This document shows, one piece after another, positions 1-9,213 of a stretch of DNA of 32,000 bases (position 1 is the first letter of the stretch; each line of letters begins with the position of its first letter). The notes beneath the pieces were generated by a model. The model was not told the DNA's origin. It saw nothing but the letters and a program-made list of their open reading frames with translations, and did not search any database. Origin of the DNA: Promethearchaeia archaeon (lineage in GTDB: Archaea > Asgardarchaeota > Lokiarchaeia > Sigyniarchaeales > SOKP01); assembly GCA_046497275.1 (NCBI GenBank), contig JAWOFX010000057.1:90001-122000 (forward strand). Direction: 5' to 3'. The translations under genes and the position numbers were made by a program.

Positions 1-191
1 CTATCCTTTTCAATTTTTAAATCGTCAAATTCGGGATATCGTTGGCGTATATTTCTCCCTCGACGATTCCTAAACTTCTCTTCGATATATAATGCTCTCG
101 TTCCGTCTAATTTTGGTTGAAATATATATTCATGACTATCAAGAAGATCTTTTGTTCCTTTTTGGCATAGCATGGGTTCTAAGGATTTCAT
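1..191 (-). CDS. ATP-dependent DNA ligase (LigD-type ligase/adenylation domain), N-terminal part only; runs off the left edge
   Basis: Not in the ORF track. Manual translation from ATG at 191: MKSLEPMLCQKGTKDLLDSHEYIFQPKLDGTRALYIEEKFRNRRGRNIRQRYPEFDDLKIEKD. Contains PML, ligase motif I KxDGxR (PKLDGTR) and NRRGRNI..RYPE. ATG overlaps the Ku stop codon (ATGA, 188-191). Confidence 0.9.
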   Translation of the reverse strand, partial: MKSLEPMLCQKGTKDLLDSHEYIFQPKLDGTRALYIEEKFRNRRGRNIRQRYPEFDDLKIEKD

Positions 192-955
192 TTTTGTTCC
201 AGACTAGCTTGTAGTGATTCAATTAAATTCTCGGTTCTTTTACTCTTTTCTTTACTGATAGACACAGCCTCCCCTTTAGCCTTTTTCTCAATTGCTTCCC
301 TAAGGTTTTCCTGAAAAGTATTTTCATATTTTGAAATATTAAAACTAACAGAGCTTAAATTTTCGATTAATTGGTTTGAGAGTTCAATCTCTTTATCTTT
401 AAGTTTAGGTGGCTCGTAATTTATATTCGGAACATTATCTATGCTTCGAATATTATCAGCATAGTTGAGAATAGATAATAATAAACCTTTCTTATAACTT
501 TTAATCATACACAGATACTTTTTTTCTCTCATAACAAAAGTAGCTATGGCGACTTTATCTTGTGATTCTAAAACCCCTTTGAATAAGCTGTAAGAACGCT
601 CTCCCCCTTCTTGAGGACCTATAAAATAATTTTTATTAATATACAAGGGATCAATGTCGCTAATAGGAACAAATTCGTGGATTTCAATTAAATCATCGGA
701 TTCAGGTTTTAACTCATCAATTTCTCCTTTCGTCAGTACATAATACTCGTTTTTACCAATTTCGAGACCTTTGACTATATCGCTCCAATCAACTTCTTCA
801 CCACACTTAGAACAGATCCTCTTATAATTTATAGGACCATTATCATCTTTATGAAGTAATCGGAAGCTAATTCCACTCTCATCAACAGCAGTATATAAAG
901 ACACCGGTATATTAACAAGCCCGAATCCCAAATACCCTTTCCATACAGCTTTCAT
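188..955 (-). CDS. ku: Prokaryotic-type Ku protein (NHEJ DNA end-binding)
   Basis: N-terminus WKGYLGFGLVNIPVSLYTA, INYKRIC, IVKGLEI, IDPLYINKNYFIGP and C-terminal NLIESLQASL match the bacterial/archaeal Ku (YkoV-like) family; coupled to a ligase gene. Confidence 0.95.
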   Translation of the reverse strand: MKAVWKGYLGFGLVNIPVSLYTAVDESGISFRLLHKDDNGPINYKRICSKCGEEVDWSDIVKGLEIGKNEYYVLTKGEIDELKPESDDLIEIHEFVPISDIDPLYINKNYFIGPQEGGERSYSLFKGVLESQDKVAIATFVMREKKYLCMIKSYKKGLLLSILNYADNIRSIDNVPNINYEPPKLKDKEIELSNQLIENLSSVSFNISKYENTFQENLREAIEKKAKGEAVSISKEKSKRTENLIESLQASLEQK

Positions 956-1020
956 ATCAAATAAGTTGTATTCATTATTACTTTTTAAATTTAATTTAAA
1001 TCAATTATAAGAAAGAGAAA

Positions 1021-1066
1021 AAGAAATATAGGAAATTTTTTTAGGTAGGTGTTTCCTATATCTCTT
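1021..1066. repeat. Inverted repeat, 15-bp arms (14/15 complementary), 16-nt spacer
   Basis: AAGAAATATAGGAAA (1021-1035) versus TTTCCTATATCTCTT (1052-1066), in the divergent Ku/TPR intergenic region. Confidence 0.6.
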
Positions 1067-1084
1067 GTGGTATTTGATTGGAAA

Positions 1085-1157
1085 GAATTCTGAGAAGTGG
1101 TCAAATTAGTTTAGAATAATTTACGATTCTAAATTATAATTTCATACTTCTCAATTC
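1085..1157. repeat. Long imperfect inverted repeat (nested stems)
   Basis: TGAGAAGT 1091-1098 / ACTTCTCA 1146-1153; AAATTA 1103-1108 / TAATTT 1137-1142; TTTAGAAT 1110-1117 / ATTCTAAA 1126-1133; outer GAAT/ATTC. Confidence 0.45.
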
Positions 1158-1271
1158 TTAATTGACAAAGGATCTATAAAAAGGTTTTTTCAATAATTTA
1201 TAAAAGTTTTATAAATAATTTATTTTAATCAAGTTTTTAGATTACTTAATAAACCAATATTCTGCTTGAAG

Positions 1272-1790
1272 ATGGATAATAAAATAAATGTCCTAAAAAA
1301 CTTTTTAGAGAACCACGCAGATGATGCAAATTCTTGGTTAGAGTTAGGATATTTATATTTTCAAAACAATGAAGTACAAAATGCTATAACATGTTATAAA
1401 AAAGCCCTTGAGATTTCTCCTAAAAATGCAACGATCTGGCATAATTTAGGATTTATTTATTATGAGATTGAAGATTATCCAAATGCAATTTCGTCACTAA
1501 AAAGAGCATTAGAAATTAATCCTGAGCTTTCAATATCATATAGTGAGTTAAGTTCAGTTTATTTAGATATTGAGGAATTTGAAAAAGCAGAAAAAGCTGC
1601 AAAAAATGCTTTAGCTTTGGATGAGAAAGATGTAGATGCATTGGTAAATCTTGGATCTAGCTACTTTAATCTTAAAAAATTTAATAAAGCTGTCAAAAGT
1701 CTCAACAAAGCTCTTAAAATTAATCCTAATTTTGAATTTGCCCAAAAGGTATTAGAATTGGCGAAGAAAGCACAAAAAAGTAAGGAATAG
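1272..1790 (+). CDS. Tetratricopeptide repeat protein (four TPRs)
   Basis: Four consecutive 34-aa repeats with W/Y..LG...Y...A...Y/L.KAL...P pattern. ATG at 1272 preferred to the track's TTG at 1266. Confidence 0.9.
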   Translation: MDNKINVLKNFLENHADDANSWLELGYLYFQNNEVQNAITCYKKALEISPKNATIWHNLGFIYYEIEDYPNAISSLKRALEINPELSISYSELSSVYLDIEEFEKAEKAAKNALALDEKDVDALVNLGSSYFNLKKFNKAVKSLNKALKINPNFEFAQKVLELAKKAQKSKE

Positions 1791-2021
1791 ATTTTAGAGT
1801 TATTACATCTAAAACATTCTGAAACTTATTAATGAAATCCTAAAAAAACAAAAACCAATAATAAACTTATCCTAATTAGCTTATAGGTTTATACTTAATA
1901 AAAAGATACTAAAGATTAGACTTAGAAATCAATTGATTTTGATAATCTTCCAGTCTTAAGTTTAAGGCTATTAACTCAATGTGTTTAATTAAAATAAAAA
2001 AAAATTTTAAAAATTGCCTTA

Positions 2022-2029
2022 CTTTATAT
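2022..2029 (+). promoter_or_regulatory. Candidate archaeal TATA box for alba
   Basis: TTTATATA about 65 nt upstream of the alba ATG; AT-rich background limits specificity. Confidence 0.3.
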
Positions 2030-2093
2030 AAATTAGGATTTTACGTTTAGAAACTAAAAAAACTAACAAATTAAAACAAAGAGGCAATATAAA

Positions 2094-2372
2094 ATGGCTA
2101 AAGATGAGAACTCCGTTTATATAGGTAAAAGACCTACTATGAATTACGTAATGGCCACAATGATGATCCTGAATAAGGATGAGCCAGTAACGGTTAAAGC
2201 AAGAGGTCGAGCTATATCTCATGCTGTTGATGTCTGCGAAATTTTAAAGAATAGATTTCTAAAGGGCACAACTTATGAAGATATTAGAATCAGTACGGAG
2301 AAACTTGAATCTGATGATGGAACTACGAACAATGTGAGTTCTATTGAGATTGTTATGGCACCACCAAAATAA
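2094..2372 (+). CDS. albA: Alba (Sac10b family) DNA/RNA-binding chromatin protein
   Basis: VYIGKRPTMNYV, KARGRAISHAVDV and VSSIEI motifs; 92 aa. Confidence 0.95.
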   Translation: MAKDENSVYIGKRPTMNYVMATMMILNKDEPVTVKARGRAISHAVDVCEILKNRFLKGTTYEDIRISTEKLESDDGTTNNVSSIEIVMAPPK

Positions 2373-2434
2373 TTACTAGAGCTTTGAAAATACTCACAGA
2401 GTTTTAATGATCTATTAGAGAAGCGTATTATCAA

Positions 2435-2458
2435 TTCTCTTTCTTATTTTATTTTTTT
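2435..2458 (+). terminator. Candidate archaeal U-rich terminator after alba
   Basis: Pyrimidine/T-rich tract TTCTCTTTCTTATTTTATTTTTTT about 60 nt after the stop. Confidence 0.3.
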
Positions 2459-2621
2459 AAATTTGTAATAAAATTTACGAAAATTATGAATTTCAAATTT
2501 AGAAGTAAAGATTTATATTAATTCCTTTCTGAACGTTACTCAGTAAGAAATTCAAAAGATCAAATCAAAATTATGATCCTTGAATCTAACTCAAATATTT
2601 TCATAAATTGAGGAGCTATAG

Positions 2622-3563
2622 ATGCCTGAGAGCAATATTTTATTAAATGAAATCAATAGAGTTTTTATTCCGTGTAGAACGGTCTTGGAAATGGAAATCT
2701 TAACTTCTTTATTATTAGAAGCTGAGAATTATGATAACATTAAGCATATTCCGGAAAGTCAGCCAAGTAGTGAAGAATTGATTGAAATTTATCAAGTGAC
2801 AGGTTTAGATCCTCTTGAAAGAATAATCACTCACTTTATTGATGTAATATTAAATAAATTAAAGCCAATAGTGATGTATCAAAGAGATTTCAATCAGAGA
2901 TTTAGAATGAGTAATGTGAGTGCGAATGCGAAAACTCGACTTTGTCTTTATCTTGCTCTCCATCGCCTAAAACTCAAATTTTTGATAATTAAAAGATTTT
3001 TTGATGAAATTGATATTAACGGATCGACAAGAAACAACATAATAAAGCAATTGTATCGATTTTATTATGATAAAAATGAAATGAATCTCAAATTAATGCT
3101 TTCTACCAAACGGATCAATGAACGAGTTCAACGGTTGATGGATAGAGATGGGGTAATTGAAAATGAGGATATACTTAATGCCTTATCATTTAAAGTTTAT
3201 TTAAATGATAACGAAAGAATTAAATTCATTATGAGAGAAATAAAAGCATCATTATTTATCTCTAAATTAATGTTTGCTAAAATAGATGTCCTTTCTCCAT
3301 TTTCTAAGGCAAAAAATAGTGCAGTAAATCCAGAAGAATTAATGATTAGTCAAGATTTTCTACCGGAATTAATTCCAGCAATTTCTAAATGTATAAAAGA
3401 CGCGAAGTTAGACCAACTTAAAGAATTATTATTGGCATTAAATTTTATGACCGAAAATGTATTTGAAAGCATAAATAATGCAATAGAAATTGCTTCAGGT
3501 GGAGAAATCATTTTGCAAGGAGAAGAAACAATATTTTCTTTAGGAAATATTTTTACAGTATAA
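2622..3563 (+). CDS. Hypothetical soluble, probably alpha-helical protein (313 aa)
   Basis: Long ORF with GAGGAG RBS upstream; no motif recognised. Confidence 0.75.
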   Translation: MPESNILLNEINRVFIPCRTVLEMEILTSLLLEAENYDNIKHIPESQPSSEELIEIYQVTGLDPLERIITHFIDVILNKLKPIVMYQRDFNQRFRMSNVSANAKTRLCLYLALHRLKLKFLIIKRFFDEIDINGSTRNNIIKQLYRFYYDKNEMNLKLMLSTKRINERVQRLMDRDGVIENEDILNALSFKVYLNDNERIKFIMREIKASLFISKLMFAKIDVLSPFSKAKNSAVNPEELMISQDFLPELIPAISKCIKDAKLDQLKELLLALNFMTENVFESINNAIEIASGGEIILQGEETIFSLGNIFTV

Positions 3564-3704
3564 AGAAAGATAAGGGTTTTATCTCTATTTTAATTAGGAG
3601 AAATTATTTTGTTGATGATTAATAAGTTATTTATGAAAAATGGATTAAAATTTTAAATTTGAATTAAATCTTTAATATAGTATAGAAAAAAATGGGGAAA
3701 TGAA

Positions 3705-3983
3705 ATGGAAAAAATTTTAAAAGTAATTAAAAAAGATGGAAAAATAGTTGATTTTGACAAGAAGAAAATTGTAGAAGCTTGTAAGAATGCGGGAGCAAGC
3801 AAAGAGGTCGCAAAAAAAGTCGCTGATAAAGTAACAGAGGAACTACCAAAAATAAAAAGCTCAAAAATAAGAGAATTAGCTTTAAAAGAACTTGAAAAAC
3901 TCGATTCTGATACGGCAAAAGCATGGATACAATATGATATCCGAAAAAAACAAGAAGCAGAATCTACTTTTGACGTTCGATAA
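3705..3983 (+). CDS. Stand-alone ATP-cone domain protein
   Basis: KVIKKDGKIVDFDKKKIVEAC...SSKIRELALKEL matches the ATP-cone consensus (VxKRDG..E.F...KI..AI). Confidence 0.8.
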   Translation: MEKILKVIKKDGKIVDFDKKKIVEACKNAGASKEVAKKVADKVTEELPKIKSSKIRELALKELEKLDSDTAKAWIQYDIRKKQEAESTFDVR

Positions 3984-4032
3984 GTTTTAGTATTATCTTA
4001 AAACCAAAACCATTTTTCAAAAAGGATTTAGT

Positions 4033-4692
4033 TTATTCATAAAATAAGTTGTTTTTCTTAGCTTTCTTAATATAATCAAATAATTCCTCATCTGTATTTT
4101 GATGGAAATCATCGTAATATGATCCTACAGCAAATGAATATGATTTAATAATAGAAGGACAAATCAACTCATCATATACCTTTTTCACTTTTTCAATACT
4201 ACTCTCTGGGCAGACAGGGATCGCTAAAATAACTTTTTTAGCTCCTAGATTTTTTAAGTATTTCCCTGCAACTAAGGCAGTATATCCGGTTGCAATTCCA
4301 TCATCTATTACGAATATATTCTTATTTTTAACATCAAGTTGCTTTCCTTTAGAATATTTTTCGATTCGGGTCTCTACTTTTTCTAATGCATTATTTTTTA
4401 ATTCATTTAGATTTTCTTGATCAACTCCATAATATAGAATCCTCTCATTTATTTCATACGTTCCATCAGCAGCAATCGCGCCAATGGCAACTTCTGGATT
4501 GTTAGGATGAGCTAGTTTTTTTGTTATCACAAGATTAAACGGAATATCTAATTCTTTTGCCACAGAAAATGCAACAGGTACTCCTCCTCTTGGAATTGCT
4601 AGTATTATGAATTCTTTTATAGGTTTTGGAATCTCTTTTCTAATTTTATTAGCTAAAACCTCACCAGCTTTTTTTCTATTCTCATATTTCAT
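4033..4692 (-). CDS. Type I phosphoribosyltransferase, uncharacterised subfamily
   Basis: F/Y.NR..AG..LA start, LAIPRGGVPVA, PRPP-binding VIDDGIATGYT, GSYYDDFHQ. Confidence 0.88.
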   Translation of the reverse strand: MKYENRKKAGEVLANKIRKEIPKPIKEFIILAIPRGGVPVAFSVAKELDIPFNLVITKKLAHPNNPEVAIGAIAADGTYEINERILYYGVDQENLNELKNNALEKVETRIEKYSKGKQLDVKNKNIFVIDDGIATGYTALVAGKYLKNLGAKKVILAIPVCPESSIEKVKKVYDELICPSIIKSYSFAVGSYYDDFHQNTDEELFDYIKKAKKNNLFYE

Positions 4693-4845
4693 ATAATTTA
4701 CCTAAGAAATTCAAAATTCCTTTGCTATTTACTTCAAATATGTAGATTTAGATTTTATATATTCTGATTAAATTTTAAAAATTGATGTAGGATAATATAA
4801 AATTAGATTAATTTCAGAGATATCCCGATTTTTCTGATTCTAAAT

Positions 4846-5526
4846 TTATGAGAGTATGATTTTTTCCACTAAAAAATAGAAAAAAACACACCCTCCTAAA
4901 TATATAAGCATAATTATGAAGGCAATGGGAAGCTTATATAATTGGTTTTTGTCTACTATATAGATAAATCCTAAGTAACTACTCAAACCTAATATTATTT
5001 CTGGAAAGATAACATAAACAGCCAAATGATTAAATAAAGTAAATACATTCTGAGGATACCACGACCCTATTATCCAGATCGACGCTTCTGAAATAGTAAA
5101 TATTAAAAAGGAAATTAACGCCACAAACAAACTGCTTTTAATATATGTGGTTCTCTCCTTCATTTGAATTCCTGAATAAACAATAACAAATAAGGGTATT
5201 GCCCAAAGACCAATCATATAACCAGAAACTGTTCCGATTTTAAATAATCCATCTTCAGGAAAGACTAAGATATTTAATTCAGCAGACAAGACCCAATCTG
5301 GAAATACTTGAAAAATGCTAATTAAGAAGGAAAAAAACCAAATATCCCTCCAATCTTTATAATCTCGTATAGAGCTAAATAACAAACTTCCGAGATTATA
5401 AATAATAACTAATATAAATAATTTCCAACCTATTTCGATTAATGGAATTATTAGAATTATTACAGAAAGAAATCCGAAGATTATATGAAATATTAATGCT
5501 TCTTTTTCTTGTTTATTTAAATTCAT
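4846..5526 (-). CDS. Hypothetical multi-pass membrane protein (226 aa)
   Basis: About six hydrophobic segments; conserved-looking FPDW and GLWAIP motifs; family not assignable by eye. Confidence 0.75.
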   Translation of the reverse strand: MNLNKQEKEALIFHIIFGFLSVIILIIPLIEIGWKLFILVIIYNLGSLLFSSIRDYKDWRDIWFFSFLISIFQVFPDWVLSAELNILVFPEDGLFKIGTVSGYMIGLWAIPLFVIVYSGIQMKERTTYIKSSLFVALISFLIFTISEASIWIIGSWYPQNVFTLFNHLAVYVIFPEIILGLSSYLGFIYIVDKNQLYKLPIAFIIMLIYLGGCVFFYFLVEKIILS

Positions 5527-5817
5527 TTTATGACATTTTTTAATCTTATTTTGAGATAATATTAATTAAGGTTTTCCTAAAAATAATTCTTAATTGAAAT
5601 TTTAAATTAATAATCCAACTCTTGCGGAATATTTTAAGATTTGAGGAAATCTTGATAAAACAAAATTAGAATAAGACTTTATGCTTTTTTATAAGTTATA
5701 AATAAATGAAAATGCCTATTATAAATTTGAATCCCAAGTTTTTTATAAATTCATCTCCGATTTTTAGATAAGCAACTTTAGAATATAGATTTCAAATTCA
5801 TTATAAAAATAATTAGG

Positions 5818-5831
5818 AAGTGGTGTGAAAA
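5818..5831 (+). promoter_or_regulatory. Ribosome-binding region (GGTG-type SD)
   Basis: AAGTGGTGTGAAAA before ATG 5832; 16/17 nt identical (including ATG) to 10773-10789 before the HDAC ATG. Confidence 0.55.
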
Positions 5832-6113
5832 ATGACAATGAATTTAACTCAGATTGAAGTTATATCTGCAGTTTTGGCAGAAGAATTACTAGATGAGGGG
5901 ATTAAAACTATCGAACAACTCGCAGCTTCAACTCCAGAAAAAATATCGAAAATTGCTGGTGTATCGGTTATCATTTCAGAAGAATGGATTGCGAAAGCTA
6001 ATACATTTTTGAGAAATAAGGAAGAAGCAAAAGTTCCTCCAGGAGAAAAATTAACGAGTAAATATTCCATGAAGACTACAACAAAACGAGATATAGAAGA
6101 GAATAAAGAATAA
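5832..6113 (+). CDS. Small helix-hairpin-helix domain protein
   Basis: LTQIEVISAVLAEELLDEGIKTIEQLAASTPEKISKIAGVS resembles HhH/SAM-like modules (RadA N-terminus, NusA AR); basic C-tail; good RBS. Confidence 0.7.
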   Translation: MTMNLTQIEVISAVLAEELLDEGIKTIEQLAASTPEKISKIAGVSVIISEEWIAKANTFLRNKEEAKVPPGEKLTSKYSMKTTTKRDIEENKE

Positions 6114-6286
6114 TTAACTTTTGAATGAAAAGTGGTTATAAGAATTTCAATAGATAAATCCTAATTTATTCAATTGAAGTCGTAATGATGATTATTCTAA
6201 ATTTTAAAAATAAATTAAAGATTAATTATATATATTAAAAAATAGAACTAAATACTACAAAATCTCCTAAAAGAGAGATTAAAAAA

Positions 6287-6871
6287 ATGTCTGAAATTAA
6301 TTTTGAAATCACTTGTTTTGATAAGCCAGGACCGAATAACACAGATAAAGCCTTGAAGATAGCAAAAAAATATGCACAGGACCTCAATATAGAAGATATT
6401 GTATTAGCAAGCACAACTGGAACAACTGCGGAAAAGGTATCTGATCAATTTGATCTAGAGAAGTATAATGTAGTGGTTATTACTCATTCTTACTACTTTG
6501 TTGGAAGTAAGATACGACAAGAGTTTGACGAGACAAAAATGGAGGAATTAAAACAGAAAGGTCTCAAATTCCATGTGGGTACGCATGCCATGAGTGGTAT
6601 AGAACGCGGACTAAGGATAAAGAAACAACCATGGATCTTTGTCGATTTATTGGCGAGAGTAATGCAAAATATTGTATGTCAAGGATTTAAAGTATGTATC
6701 GAGATTGCTAGTATGGCGGCTGATGCTGGCTTAATACCAGATTTAGATCGTGATATTATTTGTATTGCAGGAACTGGAAGGGGTGCGGACACTGTTTGTA
6801 TCATACAACCAGCACCAACCAGCGAATTTATGGATTTGCGAGTAAAAGCTATTTTATGCAAACCTAAATAA
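6287..6871 (+). CDS. Pyruvate kinase C-terminal-like alpha/beta protein (COG1751/MTH1675-like)
   Basis: FDKPGPNNT, IVLASTTGTTA, VVITH, GTHAMSGIER, KVCIEI..MAADAG, AGTGRGADT motifs. Confidence 0.85.
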   Translation: MSEINFEITCFDKPGPNNTDKALKIAKKYAQDLNIEDIVLASTTGTTAEKVSDQFDLEKYNVVVITHSYYFVGSKIRQEFDETKMEELKQKGLKFHVGTHAMSGIERGLRIKKQPWIFVDLLARVMQNIVCQGFKVCIEIASMAADAGLIPDLDRDIICIAGTGRGADTVCIIQPAPTSEFMDLRVKAILCKPK

Positions 6872-6903
6872 CAAATAGAAAGTAATTAAAACTAATAAAA
6901 AGA

Positions 6904-8100
6904 TTAAATAATTTTTAATTTTTTTCCAACTTTTTCAATTGAACTTAATGCATTATCTAAATCTTCTCGAGAGAGTAAGAAATTCATTTGAACCCGTATT
7001 CTTGATAATTCTTTTGCGACCATAGGAAACACTATAGGAGTTGTATAAATATTTTCTTCTCTAAATAAGATATCTGCTAAGTCTTGTGCAGGTCCAGGGT
7101 CACCAATTATTAAAGGGATTATAGGTGTTTCTGATGCTCCCGTGTCGAAACCTAAGTTTTGTATTTCTTGTTTAAAATAATTTGTATGATCCCATAATGT
7201 TTTAACTCGAGAATTATCTTCTTGAACAACTTCTATTGCTGCAATACATGCTGCAACAACACTTGGAGGATGAGCTGTACTTAAAAGATAAGTTCTGCTT
7301 TTATTTTTCATGAAATCAATTAGATTTTCTGAACCCGCAATAGTTCCCCCAAAGACGCCAAATCCTTTAGACATTGATCCTCCTTCGATTTGAACTCTTC
7401 CTTGGAGTCCAAAATGATCAACTATTCCCTTTCCACTGTAATTTTTTCCCAGAACCCCTTCCCCATGACAATCATCAACAAACACCATTGCTCCATAATC
7501 TTCAGCTAAATCAGTAATATCTTTCAATGGAGCGATGTCTCCATCCATGCTGAATACTCCATCAGTTGTAATTAAAATGCGTCTTGCTCCTTTTTTATCA
7601 GCTATTTCTAGTTGCTTTTCCAAATCAGAAACATCATTATGTTTATAGACATAACGTGTTGCTTTTGTTAGCCTAATTCCATCGATTATTGATCCATGAT
7701 TGAGTTCATCAGAGATTACAGCATCATCCTCAGCTATTATTTGAGGTATAAGTCCTGAATTAACTGCAAATCCTGTTTGACATAATGCAGACGCTTCTAC
7801 TTCTTTAAACTCTGCTAATTTCTCTTCAAATTGTCTTGTTAAATCAAAAGTACCAGCAATCACTGGCACGGCTCCAGCACCAGCTCCATATTTTTTAACT
7901 GCATCAATCATCTTTTCTTTTAATCTAGGATGAGTTGCAAGCCCGAGATAATTATTTGTGTTCAACATTAATACGTCTTTTCCATTTACTTTGCAATGTG
8001 GTTGAGAGGCATTTTCTAAGTGTCTTATTTTCCAGTCTAAATCACTTTCACGTAAATCCTCCATCTCTTCTTTAAGAAATGCTAATGGATCCCTTTTCAT
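6904..8100 (-). CDS. kbl: Glycine C-acetyltransferase (2-amino-3-ketobutyrate CoA ligase), class II PLP enzyme
   Basis: NNYLGLA, SDELNHGSIIDG, TDGVFSMDGD, VDDCHGEG and PLP-lysine SMSKGFG; divergent from threonine dehydrogenase. ATG at 8100 preferred to GTG at 8109. BioF activity not excluded. Confidence 0.85.
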   Translation of the reverse strand: MKRDPLAFLKEEMEDLRESDLDWKIRHLENASQPHCKVNGKDVLMLNTNNYLGLATHPRLKEKMIDAVKKYGAGAGAVPVIAGTFDLTRQFEEKLAEFKEVEASALCQTGFAVNSGLIPQIIAEDDAVISDELNHGSIIDGIRLTKATRYVYKHNDVSDLEKQLEIADKKGARRILITTDGVFSMDGDIAPLKDITDLAEDYGAMVFVDDCHGEGVLGKNYSGKGIVDHFGLQGRVQIEGGSMSKGFGVFGGTIAGSENLIDFMKNKSRTYLLSTAHPPSVVAACIAAIEVVQEDNSRVKTLWDHTNYFKQEIQNLGFDTGASETPIIPLIIGDPGPAQDLADILFREENIYTTPIVFPMVAKELSRIRVQMNFLLSREDLDNALSSIEKVGKKLKII

Positions 8101-8274
8101 ATATATCACTACAAATAGTAAAATTCTTTATGATTATCTATTATTCCATATTATATAATTTTTTAATATTATTATTATTGTTTTAATGGATGGGTTTATT
8201 TTGGGAATACAATAAATTTTTCTTAATCTATAAATTATGAATTATATTTTATTTTGGAAATTTAGATGATGTAA

Positions 8275-9213
8275 ATGCGAATACTTGTGATTGGAAGTGC
8301 CGGTCAAATTGGGAGTGAATTAGTCCCTAAGTTATGGGAAAAATATGGCTTTTCAAACATAATAGCATCTGATATAAAATATTCTGTGGAGAGCCATAAA
8401 AATGATGATAAAATTTATTTAGATGTATTGGACAGAGAGAATTTATCAAAAATTATTTCTAAATATGATATTGATATCATTTATCACTTAGCATCAATTT
8501 TATCGGCAAGAGGTGAGGAAAACCCACCTAAGACTTGGAATGTCAATATGTATGGTTTATTAAATATTTTGGAAGTTGGAATAAAATATGATATCAAGAA
8601 AATTATTTGGCCGAGTTCAATAGCAGCATTTGGACCATCATCCCCAAAGGAAAATACACCTAATGAGACCATTCTAAAACCCATAACAATGTATGGTATA
8701 ACAAAAGTTAGTGGAGAATTACTGCTTAATTATTATAAATTAAAATATAATCTTGATGTAAGATCAGTTAGATTACCCGGTATTATTTCAGCAGAAACAA
8801 AACCCGGAGGAGGAACTACTGATTATGCAGTACAAATTTTCTATGAAGCTATTAAGAATAATAAATATACTTCTTATGTGAGTAGAAATACAATTTTACC
8901 AATGATGTACATGCCAGATTGCATCGCATCTCTTATTAATATTATGGAAGCAGATAAAGAGAATCTCACACGGTGTGTTTATAATGTGAGTGGTATGAGC
9001 TTTTCAGCAGGAGAATTGGCAGATGAGATCAAAATAAAAATCCCAGATTTTGAGGTCAATTTTAAGCCAGATGAGAGACAATTAATCGCAAACTCGTGGC
9101 CAAAAAGCATAGATGATTCTTTTGCTCGAAAAGAATGGAATTGGAATCCTAAATACAATCTTTCTTCAATGACAGAAGATATGATTGAAAAATTAAAGGA
9201 AAAATTATTATAA
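8275..9213 (+). CDS. tdh: L-threonine 3-dehydrogenase, SDR (epimerase/dehydratase-like) type
   Basis: GSAGQIG Rossmann motif, HLASILSARGE, YGITK (YxxxK), PGGGTTDYAV, PMMYMPD, SWP..IDDS.AR are typical of SDR-type TDH; next to kbl. Confidence 0.85.
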   Translation: MRILVIGSAGQIGSELVPKLWEKYGFSNIIASDIKYSVESHKNDDKIYLDVLDRENLSKIISKYDIDIIYHLASILSARGEENPPKTWNVNMYGLLNILEVGIKYDIKKIIWPSSIAAFGPSSPKENTPNETILKPITMYGITKVSGELLLNYYKLKYNLDVRSVRLPGIISAETKPGGGTTDYAVQIFYEAIKNNKYTSYVSRNTILPMMYMPDCIASLINIMEADKENLTRCVYNVSGMSFSAGELADEIKIKIPDFEVNFKPDERQLIANSWPKSIDDSFARKEWNWNPKYNLSSMTEDMIEKLKEKLL

